Below are positions 53,460-64,000 of a DNA stretch of 64,000 nucleotides, piece after piece. The stretch is from contig JAAOMT010000690.1 in the NCBI GenBank assembly GCA_016748015.1, positions 310,001 to 374,000 on the forward strand, written 5' to 3'. Each line of letters begins with the position of its first letter. Within the stretch, counting starts at the first letter, position 1. The stretch is from Geosiphon pyriformis uo1 (taxonomy: Eukaryota; Fungi; Glomeromycota). Both the position numbers and the translations under genes were made by a program. Under the pieces are notes generated by a model that saw nothing but the letters and a program-made list of their open reading frames with translations, was not told the DNA's origin and did no database searches.

Positions 53460-55084
53460 GGCAATGCCCGGAGGAAGATTCATCTATCACAATCCCATAA
53501 TTACAACCGTTATAGATTTTGGACCCTCCGATTCGTTAAATGTAGCCACATTGACTACAAGTCATGGATGTGTAGGCTTCGTTCTGGATAATAACGTGAG
53601 CCCTTAATTTCTCACCTTAGATGATCAGACGTTGACAAAATAGATAGTGCGCTAGGCTAGCATATTTGCAACTGTTTTTCGTGTAATTATTCTCGCTTTT
53701 CGATTCACCATGTCCGATACCTCAAAGGGAGGAATGACAATAGCATCACGTTGGTGGGTGAAAAATGTGATAGCCTTTGTGTATTTCCGTTTACAAGCGA
53801 AAGATCTTTTGATGCATGCACTCAATCGCCTTTCTAATTAGCTTTCTAACGTTTTGAAGAGGTATTGCATTTATCTTTCTTTGAGCAAAGGTCATCCATA
53901 AATTTTCAGAGGCGAATAAAACGACTGATGTCACAAGAGCCTATTTTTGGTTAGGTAAATGGAGTGCGAATTCCATGATCTATGAAGACTGCATGAATAG
54001 AGCATCCCCTTGGGTTTCGTGGAGCTGTTTTTGGGTCTCGTATACCAGGCAAACTTCCACTCATTAGTTTTGTGAGCTTGGATTGGATCCACTTATTAAT
54101 TTTACGTTTTTTTCGAAGTGGAGAGGCCATAGTACATGTTTATCCTCGAAAAAAAATAAGAAATGGCATAAAAACAATGTAAATGATGATATAAAACAAT
54201 TTAAAAAATATAAAACGTAAAAAATTTATTATCTTTACTTTGGGTTGATGTGCATATTATTATATGGAAGGTAAGATACGTAGAAGCGGTTCGACAAAAT
54301 CCTGAGCACAAATTGTAATGTTGTGATGCAGTGCCTTGCAAGATTGAAAAGATGATGTGTTGTTACATCTTATTGTTGCTATCCATTACGTTTAATAACT
54401 TCATTTCGCGCAACCATTGCTTGATCAATCGCTTTGTCTGTAATGTTGGCGGGAGCTGAACCTCAGCAACTTCTTAAGAGCATGCCAAGACGGAAGATGG
54501 CCCTGCAAAATTTTCTTTCACGCCAGATAACCGAAAGATCATCAAAAAGAAGTTGTTTCTGTTGAAACGTTATAGGTTTTAACCATCCTTTTTTGTGATA
54601 CTATCTTGTTTCATGATGATGCGACGTCTTTGGTTCTATTTCACCACAGTATTAAAGGAAAATCTCGCCAAGCCCATCCATCGATTCAATGCTTCTGAGG
54701 GTGATTTGTATACATCTTAACTAGTAACGTGCGGTTGAGAGTACCTTCCGTCTTCGGGCGTTTGTCACGGCTTTCTCTTGCATTTTTTTGTTCCTGCGTT
54801 CTCTTCAGTAGCGAGAAGCTCTCCTTTCCTGCATGCAGCAGATGAAGACTGCGTTGACCTCAAGAATATCCTGGAGAAGTTTATGCCCGTCAGAGGTTGC
54901 ATCGTCGAAGAGAATCATGAGTTTTGTAGAATGGAGGGAGAAAATATATTGGAGGTCAAAGGGAAATAGGCAGAGCCAATCACAGTGAGTAAGGGTAATG
55001 CACCGTGGTTTGATCGTTCCAGTAGGGTCTTAAGCCCTTGGCATTTGAAGTTGACGCCAGAGCCGGTATTCCTGATGAGCCCAT
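53460..55084 (-). mobile_element. Decayed Fanzor2 / IS607-TnpB-like RNA-guided endonuclease gene (pseudogene)
   Basis: Ordered motifs across stops and frameshifts: STSNAKGLRPYWNDQ; RWMGLARFSFNTVV (HTH); PANITDKAID; RuvC-I IHAVFIDHGIRTPFT (Asp at 53980-53978); KIGSCDISRFIRL*KFMDDL; DAIVIPPFEVSDMVNRKARIITRKTVANMLA*/AHYLFCQRL; VIIQNEAYTSMTCSQCGYI*RIGGSKIY; GIVID[deleted]IFLRAL. Confidence 0.88.
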
Positions 55085-55306
55085 ATGTCGGGACTCGAGT
55101 GAGAAGTTGTTTTCGTCGTTTAAATCCTTTTTTTGTTTTGGACCACCTTTTTTGGTAGCAGTTTGGGGCATTTATTTTCGCGATTTTGAACCTGATGAGC
55201 AATTGATTGGTAGCAAACAAAATATTTGTTTGATTCAAGAAATTTGTGTAACCCTGATTGCATAAAGCAATCTCATTCATCAATCATCAATCGGGTGAGC
55301 GTAAAA

Positions 55307-57233
55307 ATGGATATTTCTCAAAAAACTCCTTCACTTGATTTTACTCTCGATCATTCGAAGTTGTTAGATTCTGCTTGCTATATAGTTTTGAATTTTTTTC
55401 CCGAATGGGAACGGAAAGATTTGAAGCTGGTAGAGAAGAAAGGAGGGCTTACTAATAAACGTAATAGAAATACGATTTGTGAAGTTTTAAGATATTTTAT
55501 TGATGAAAATTCTATATTGATTCAATAGTCGTCATTTGTGAAAACATTCAAAAAAAGTCAAAAATCTTGGTGCGTGTTTTTGGTAAAAATTCCGAGTTAC
55601 TAATTGATCGTGAACAAGAACTAAGGGTAAGCTTTCTACCTGGAAAGCACGGTTTTTTCTTTGATCATATCTCACCTTACTTGACCATAATAGACATTAT
55701 TGAGCCTCTCGAAATTAGGATTATCACCACCCGTGTATGGAAGATTTCAAAACGGAATAGTCTATGGATNNNNNNNNNNNNNNNNNNNNTGAAGCTGGTA
55801 GAGAAGAAAGGAGGGCTTACTAATAAACGTAATAGAAATACGATTTGTGAAGTTTTAAGATATTTTATTGATGAAAATTCTATATTGATTCAATAGTCGT
55901 CATTTGTGAAAACATTCAAAAAAAGTCAAAAATCTTGGTGCGTGTTTTTGGTAAAAATTCCGAGTTACTAATTGATCGTGAACAAGAACTAAGGGTAAGC
56001 TTTCTACCTGGAAAGCACGGTTTTTTCTTTGATCATATCTCACCTTACTTGACCATAATAGACATTATTGAGCCTCTCGAAATTAGGATTATCACCACCC
56101 GTGTATGGAAGATTTCAAAACGGAATAGTCTATGGATATATTCCAGGGGAACATCTTTTATCGAGTGATTTTAGTGATTTTAAGAAATCAGCGTTGGTGG
56201 CCAGACAGTTGGCTTTACTACATTCTACAGAAGTAGCAGGCCCAAAGAATGTTATTATATGGGGAATTATAAAAAAATGGCTTAATCACGGTTTGTACGA
56301 TTAAGAGTATAGCTGTATTGGTTGGATAGTAGGTGTGGCTTAAAAAAAGTTTAGTTTCGAAAGAATTCAGTGATCCCAAAGACACGGAAAGATTTGCAAA
56401 GCATTATAAACTCAGCGATTTGAAGCAAGAGGTATTATATTCTTATAAAATGAAAGTCAATTTTTTTCACACCTACACCTACATTTACTATTATAATTAT
56501 AACTTGATAGGCGATGAACCTTCAAACAGCCCTCGAAAAAGTTCGCTCTCCAATTGTGTTCTGTCACAATGATTTATTACATTTAAATATAATTTTCAAT
56601 AAATCCGATGAAAAAATTTCTTTCATCGATTACGAATACGGATATTATAATTACAGAGGGTATGATATTGCGACCTTTTTCAATGAATTTACTGGTGAGT
56701 TTCAGGTTTTAATTTTTATAAAAAACTTTGAATTGCTAAAAATGTTTTCTTCGTTAACAATAAAGGGCCTATGTATGATTTTACCCTTTTTCCAAAAAAG
56801 GACTTTCAAATTCGTTGGTTGCGTGAATACCTAGATCAAAGTGAACCTGGTAATAAAAATTTGGATATCACCACTTGCCCCGATAGATTCTTAAGTAAAT
56901 GTAAACACATCTTTTTTTTATCCCTTTAAGGACGACAAATAACACCAAATGAACTCGAGCAAATGTATGCTGAAGTTAACAAGTTTGCCCTGCTATCACT
57001 TTTCCACCGTGGTCTATGGTGTTTAGTATTTGTCACCTTATTTATTGAGTATTGGTTTTATTAATCAGTATTTTTTAGAATGCAATTTTATCTTAACTCC
57101 ATCCTTTCTTATTTTATATAACTGGCAGATGCAAGTCCATTTTGCAGCCGACTTGAACTATGATTTTTTAAAAATTTCGATTGCACATTTAGATCGATAT
57201 TTCCTGATTCGTGACGAAGTTCTCATGCTTTGA
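55307..57233 (+). CDS. Choline/ethanolamine kinase, copy 2, apparently intact apart from the gap artefact
   Basis: MDISQKTPSLDF..., GGLTNK, LVRVFGKNSELLIDREQE, YGRFQNGIVYGYIPG, Brenner motif VFCHNDLLHLNI, FIDYEYGYYNYRGYDIATFFNEFTG, HRGLWCL|MQVHFAADLNYDF; GT-AG introns. Confidence 0.88.
55770..55789. other. Assembly gap (20 N) with artefactually duplicated 348-bp flank
   Basis: The same 348-bp segment sits on both sides of the gap, as at 49039. Confidence 0.9.
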
Positions 57234-58823
57234 TGAATAATGAATTTGAACAATTTGGGGCGAAGAGATTACAGGGGTTACTGATTCACGGTCTTTTTTA
57301 ATGGTCCTATCGAGGAAAATGAAATTCAAATTTTATTTTTACACTGTTAATTTTTCTAAGGCTTTGAAAGTTTTTGTGATTACCTCGAACATTTCTGTAC
57401 TGCTTACCGCTGACATTTCTTTTTAATGAAATCTCGGTCTTTTTTGCCAATGAATTTTTATTATGTTTTCAATATGAAGCTTATCTTTGCAATGTCCAGC
57501 AAAGAAATTTTTTGATGATACTATAACAGAATAAAATTTGTCACAGAAACTCCAAATTGTTAATCAGTTTTAACCACATTCATATTTTCTAATCTTTTAA
57601 GTTTTTTTCATATTGCTGAATGAAATAAAGTGAACTTTTCTGCAAGTCTTATATATTTCGTTTCTTTTTCAGCAAAATATTAATACAAACCTTAATTTTA
57701 TTCAACCTGAAAATTTTGGAAATAATAAAAGACTAGCGTGGCTACACGTTTAATATGAAACATTATTTGATGTCAAAATTTGCTTTATAAGCGTCTTTCC
57801 TTAAAAAATATGATTTATTGTAAAATAATAATATACTAATAAAAAAGACAACGTTTAATAAAAACCTTTAATTCAGTATACACGAACCAAGCTTCATTTG
57901 AAAGTGTTCAGAGTTCCCAAGTTTTTCGAGAAAAATTTATTATTTCAGCAAGTTTTTAAAAAGAGTTTGAAGCTAAAATTATGGATGTCATCTTTTTACC
58001 TATTCAAATCTTTTTTTCTCCAAACATAAATATTTGGTTAGCTGAAAACGTCTCACCTATTAGCTTTTATTATCATTCGAGTACACGACATATTTCATAG
58101 AATATTATAATTTTCTTTAATTAAACTTAATAATTTAAAAGTTATCAATCGGATGTGGCGGGTTATTAGCTTACTTTTTCTAATGTAAAAGTAGGAGCCT
58201 CAATTAGAGATGTGAAAAATCTAAAAGATACTTTTTATTAAGCCTCAACCAAAACTGTATCTAGATTCTGAATAATAATTTACTCTTTTATTTTGAAGCT
58301 TTCTAGAACATAAAGTGCAAATCACCAAATACTTGCGTATTTTATCAGAAATTCGATTTGAAAATTTTAATTATGGGTATGTTAAGCTTTGGGCAAAACA
58401 TTTGGTTTTTTACATAAAATTTAGAAAGAAAAGCATAATATTAGTCTAATAAACTTTTAAGGATGCGAGATAAAAATACAAATGATAAAGGCTATAATCA
58501 TAAGTTGTTTATTTTACAAAAATAGAGTTTTCCAAGTCTATTTCAAATTCATAAAAAAATATTAACTTGAAAATCTAAGGATATTAGAATTTTGGCACAT
58601 AATATAATTTACATTACATTGTTATATTTTGTAATTTAAAGCATTAAAAGAATAGAATGAATTTAAAATAAAATTATGCTAATATCAATTTAACGATTAA
58701 AAAATTTGCATGGTTTAATTTTTTATAATCTTCATATTATAGCATTAAAGCATTAAAGAATCAAAGTATTTTAAGAGACAAAAACAATGTTCAATTTAAA
58801 TTAACTTTTTTTGTTTATTAGAA

Positions 58824-58856
<33 letters not shown>

Positions 58857-59446
58857 AAAACAATATATTTATTATAAATTGAATACAAAATTTTATGATA
58901 TCATATAAATAATAAAAAACTTTGAAATAAAAAATATTGCTTATTCAATTAAGTTTTTTTATTTAAAATCTAATTTTATTTATTGATTTAATTTAATTTT
59001 TTGTTATAGTTGATATCATATGAAATCAATTAATTATCTTTTTGATTGTTTAATTTTTAATTTTCAAAAAATAAAAATTATTAGATTTTTTTTTAGCTAA
59101 AAATAATACAAAATAAACACAAGATTATTGGTTTTTAAAACAATTGGTTAAATTTAAAGTTTGAACCAAACCATAATAGAAAAAACTCGGCTTGAGCAAA
59201 GCCATTCAATACGGGTTGATGGCTTAAAAAAATTTAATTTGAGAAATTATGAATCGTGCACATGAACGACACATGAAAAAGAAATGATTTTCCCTCTCCA
59301 CAAATGATATTTTAAACACAGGGCTGAAAAGTCTCGCTCCTAATAAGCCCATAAATAATGAGGGCTTTTAGGCTTAGCCTATTTTACCTTATATAAACGA
59401 ACCAGAGGGAAAATTTTCTTGCATCAATTGAAAATTTTGAAAAATA

Positions 59447-60681
59447 ATGGCCACAAAAGCTTTCTTTTTGATATTCATTACCTCTTGTTTATATTGGGTA
59501 TCATTAACCCATGCTGTTCCTACTAAAAAAAACAAATTCGATACCTTAGTGGTTTTTGGCGACTCTGCAACAGGTAATTTGACCATTTTCTTTCAAGACA
59601 ATTTACCTTTAATTCTCTATAATTTTTGATAATTTTTACGAATTAATCCACACCATTTCTTTATTATAGATAATGGAAATACATATAAATTGACAAATGG
59701 TACATGGCCAGTATCCGTTTACTACAATGGCAGATTCACGAACGGTAAAGTTTGGCCAGAATATATGGCCGAAGAGCTTAACTTGGAATTATTGGATTTT
59801 GCATATGGTGGAGCGACAACAGAGTATGTTAACTCTTAAATTAAATGGAGAGTTCCTATTTTAAGAATAGGATTCTAAATACCTGTTCTGTCTCAATTTC
59901 GAATATTAATATAGCAATAATTTGGTTCAAGGTAAAGCAAATAAGTTCTTTCAAGAATTATTATGATTAAAGATTTATGGAATTTTTTGATACAGGTGTG
60001 TCTGGTAGATCAGGTACAGTTAAAGTCCCCTCAATATTGGAACAAGTTGACTTATATTTAGCCACAAATCCCACAAAGGAAAAGTTAAAGACAACCATTG
60101 CAGTGGTAAGCTCGTTAATTGATAATTCTAATTAAATCTATTATTTGATTCTATTATTGAGAGAGGCTGAACTCCTATTTTTATTTTAGACCTGGGCTGC
60201 TGGTAATGACTATGTATATAGCAACTTCACCGCAGATCCAAAACAAGTTGTGGAACACTTATCGAAATCTTGGGTAAAACTTTACAACAATGGAATCCGG
60301 AACTTACTTTCCCCAGGTCTACCTGATATTTCAGTTGTGCCCTACTTGAAAAACTCTACAACCGAAGTACATGCTAAGTTGGAAAAACTCCACGTCGTGC
60401 ACAATCAGATTTTGAATGCAGCTTTGCAAAAATTTAAGAAAGAGCACCAAGATATGAGAATATACACATTCAACCCTGCCGGATACCTGGAGGCTCTTGA
60501 AAAGAACTATTTAAAGATTATGGGCATAACTGACTATGTAGATGCTTGTTTTAATACTTTAGTTGACCCGCCAACTCTTTGTGAAACCCCTCAAAGTTAT
60601 TTGTTTTGGGATCCTCTACATCAAACTACCTACTTTCATAAACTTATAGCTGAGGGATTTATAATTAAATTAAAGCTTTAA
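59447..60681 (+). CDS. Secreted GDSL/SGNH lipase-esterase, multi-exon
   Basis: Signal peptide, LVVFGDSAT|DNGN, GRFTNGKVWPEY, DFAYGGAT, WAAGNDY, YLFWDPLH (DxxH). Confidence 0.92.
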
Positions 60682-61229
60682 TTTTTAGTCATACATGTTT
60701 TGAAAAGAAGCTAATTCTTTAATGGAATTTTTCCTATAATAATTCTCTTACCATGTAAATTATTCTCGTTAAAAACCAATTAAAAAAGTCCGAATTAAAA
60801 GCTGTGAAAAATTATAAAAATTTAGTTATTTGTGAATGACCATTAATCAGTTTGGAATGCCTACTTTTTAATTAAAGATTTAATATGAAAAGAATGCAAA
60901 TAGAATTTAGACAGCTCGAATATTCGTTAACCACAAAAAAGTTCTTAACTTTTTTGATTAGCGGCATTATACCTTGATTATTCGTTTTCAGGTTCATAAC
61001 CCAAAATATACATAAAGGAATGTTTATCAATCAAACTTCATGTATTTAATGATACTCTTATCTATTTCCTTTTTATCAAACTAATTTTAATAACGAAGCC
61101 ATCATCCCTATTACTAAAAAAAAAAGTTTACTTTTACCTGCGGTCTTAGCACCAAGCAAAAAGTTACTAAATCATTTTAAATGCTAAAATAATTGTTATT
61201 AAAATTAAGAAGTTACATCTGTGACAATT

Positions 61230-62335
61230 TATTTCAAATAAAAAAAATCTTAAATAACAATAGCAATTTCTTTTTACTTTTTTTTTTATTATAAAATGGC
61301 TTTTTGAATAATAACAAAATTAAATTTAATTAAAATATTTTCATTGTCAAAACTATTTGTATCTATTTAATATAAAAAATAACCAATAAAGTAATAATAA
61401 TAATAGCAGCAACATATGCCAAAAACCATTAAAAAACAATTTCTCACTTAATATTTTAGAAAAACGTTTCTATAATAATAAATGAGTTCTGTTAAATTTG
61501 TTATGATATAATTATTATTATTTATTAATACATTAATTTTGACTAAATAAATTTTGAACTTAAAGTATATTAATAAAAATCAATTTTAAAAAAATATATA
61601 TTTGATTAAATACATTATTTATAGTACCTATTATATTATATTATAATAGATTGAAACTAAATTTAAAAATAAATTTAATAAAGTAATTTATTAATTTGTA
61701 TAATTTTTTTATGAATTTGATATATCATTATTATTTAAATATATGTTATATATTTTATTTATCTAAACTAAAAATCAATTAAAAAATTAGGTTAAAAAAA
61801 AAAATAATGATTATTCAAAATATTTATTTTTTTAATATATTTTGTTTTTTTTTTAATATAGTTTTTATAAAATTATTAAACACAATTTTAAATAAAATCA
61901 AAATATTTAAATGTAAAAAACAGTAATAATGTTAACAAAATATTTCAAAAAATTTTGTGTTTATATACACAAATACATTTATTTCATACATAGACTAATT
62001 AATTTTTTTTAATAAATTATAGTTAATTATTTTTTTATATTAATATTTAATGTAATATATTTTAATAAAATTAGTAATTAAGAATTAAAAATACAAAGTA
62101 ACTTATTAAGATATACCAATACATTATTAAATTAAACTAATTATTTATTATTGTGTAATCATTTTTATGTTTTTTATTTTAACAAATTCAATTTTAAATT
62201 TTATAAATATGTATAAAAGCAAATTTATAAATTCCAAATGAATAGCATTATATATGCAGTCTTTATTGATTCTGGGCGTTTGTATACTCTTCATTTATTG
62301 TTTTTGTTAAAAAATTTATAAGTAAAATTAAAATA
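61230..62335 (+). mobile_element. Second, heavily C-to-T/G-to-A mutated Fanzor2-like copy (5' part through RuvC-I)
   Basis: 62215-62275 aligns to the reverse complement of 53973-54032 (39/61 identical by hand) and reads YAVFIDSG. Upstream FISNKKNLK (~61230) and *MSSVKFV (~61478) correspond in order to STSNAKGLR and WMGLARF. Confidence 0.65.
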
Positions 62336-64000
62336 TCCAAACAATGTTTTATCTTTTTTTAATTAATATTCTCAATTTTTTGCAATTTTAAAGATATTTT
62401 TATATAATTTTACTCAAGAGTGTTAAATGAAGAGTTTTTATAAAAATACTCTTTATTGATTGTCTCTTGATTTTTTACTTCAACATAACCAGTTTTCAGA
62501 GTTAACGCTATGAAAAATACTTGGAAACTGTATGCTCTTTTTATAGCTTAAGCAAATTGATTCTGGACCTATTTCAAAAATCTCAGTTATATATATACAC
62601 TTTTCAAAAGATGCCTGGCAAGTTCTATAATTGTTGTTTAGCCATGGGTAATTTAAAAAAATCTGGCATTATAAACGCTCTGATTCTATAAGCGTAAAAC
62701 TTTGGCCAAATCATTATAATGAGAACAATAATTTGATCTGGCTTGCCTTTAAGATTAGTTTGCAAATAGTCGTTTCACCACCAAATGAGTCAAATGAAAA
62801 AGAAAAATTTGGGAAACTGAAAACCAATTTCAAAAACCAAAAATATTTTCAAAAGAAAATTACAATTTACCAAGACTATAGTCTTTCTGAAAGTTCTCTT
62901 ATCTTTTTGGAATGATAACTTTATTCTTGGCAAATTTTCTTTGTGTCTAAAAACATAGCAAATTTTACAAATGGTTTAGTTCGAAAATAATTAATTTTTA
63001 CGTAAAAAAGTATCTTGAATTAGCATTCAATTAAATGATCAAATTCCTTTTGGCAGAAAATTTAGAATATAATTTTGACTGGCAAACTGAGCGCTACCAA
63101 AAGCTAAATTCATTAATTTCGATTCCTAATAATTGGCAAGGTATTCTGGCCATGGAAAGCCCAAATTTACTTCACATATTGTCTTTTGGAAAATGCAAAT
63201 TCATTTTCCAAATTCAATTGCTAACCTTTTAAACTGATTTATTATCAGGATTTTTCCATGAAATTAAAAAGCTGAGCTAAAGAACTCGGAGGCTCGAGAA
63301 AAAAATTTCGATATGAAAGAAATATTTTTTTACTTAAATATAATTTTTATTAATGTTAAAATATTTCTTTCATATTAAAATTTCGGAGTTTTTTTTTCAC
63401 CATTAACAATTGTAGAAGTCAATGAATACAATGAAACCAACCGGGGTGAAAATTAACCAAGATTACATACATGCACTGTATTTTTGTTTCAAATTTCCTA
63501 TTCTATCTGACAGTTGAAGTTTGAAGTAAATCTCTCCCTTTTCCAGGTGACAAAGCGGATCCCCATAAAGCCATTTTCGAGCTATAAAAAGATAGAATAC
63601 ATTTTCTGAGCAAAAACCATCAATTTTTCAACCTATACATTTAGAGCTCTTTCATGAAGAAAAAAGCTCCGAAAAAGATATACAAATTTCAAAAAATCCA
63701 AATGGTAAAAATTTCGACCCAGCCAGTGAACTTGAATGTTTTAAAAACCTAACATTAACTTTAGAATGTATTATTAAAAAAAATATAGATTGAAAATATT
63801 TTTTCCAGAATAATTATTTAGTAATCAATACAGAAAAATTTTTTTTTTGTAGAAATAAAAGGTTTTAAACTTTCCTTCATTTTAAGATAACAATCATGAT
63901 GATACATTGCTAAATCACATGTTCAAACATTCCCTTTGATCATGTCTCATAACAATAAATGTTTTGAAAAATGGATTGGGCTTAATATTTCGAGGTACTA

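Noticed and set aside
55060-55283. IS607 TnpA serine recombinase upstream of the Fanzor (TYGL resembling the RxYG end motif)
   Set aside because: Only a 3-4 residue resemblance; no YxRVS catalytic motif, and no room before the kinase start.
48691-56137. Four apparent kinase 5' copies or internal exon duplications
   Set aside because: Each extra 348-bp copy is identical and abuts a 20-N gap, bounded by the SNPs that distinguish the paralogues. This is a typical scaffolding artefact.
1100-63232. Most remaining 60-120 aa ORFs in the track
   Set aside because: Composition rich in F/L/I/K/N is typical of chance ORFs in AT-rich DNA, or they are intron read-through and antisense shadows of the genes called.

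Overview
AT-rich, intron-rich eukaryotic DNA. Short GT-AG introns, Sel1-repeat genes and a Zn2Cys6 factor point to an early-diverging fungus, probably Glomeromycotina; this is inference from gene content. Host genes: two secreted GDSL/SGNH esterases, a carbonyl-reductase-type SDR, three paralogous class I SAM methyltransferases that all start MGxxxS, an F-box gene and an 85-aa secreted protein (both rebuilt by splicing), three intronless Sel1-repeat genes, a Zn2Cys6 factor, a type II NADH dehydrogenase, a 641-aa putative transposase-derived DNA-binding protein, and a tandem duplicated choline/ethanolamine kinase (one copy pseudogenised; both interrupted by assembly-gap artefacts). The most notable signal is not evident from the ORF track. 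A decayed Fanzor2/IS607-TnpB-like RNA-guided nuclease occurs three times: near full length at 53460-55084 (-), a 5' fragment at ~48 kb, and a heavily mutated copy at ~61-62 kb (+). Decayed hAT and Tc1 elements are also present. Several very AT-rich islands show C-to-T/G-to-A decay that depletes TpC/GpA and CpG but spares ApC, GpC and CpA, which suggests a RIP-like repeat-mutating process with an unusual context. Exon boundaries, translations, alignments and counts were done by hand and need computational confirmation.
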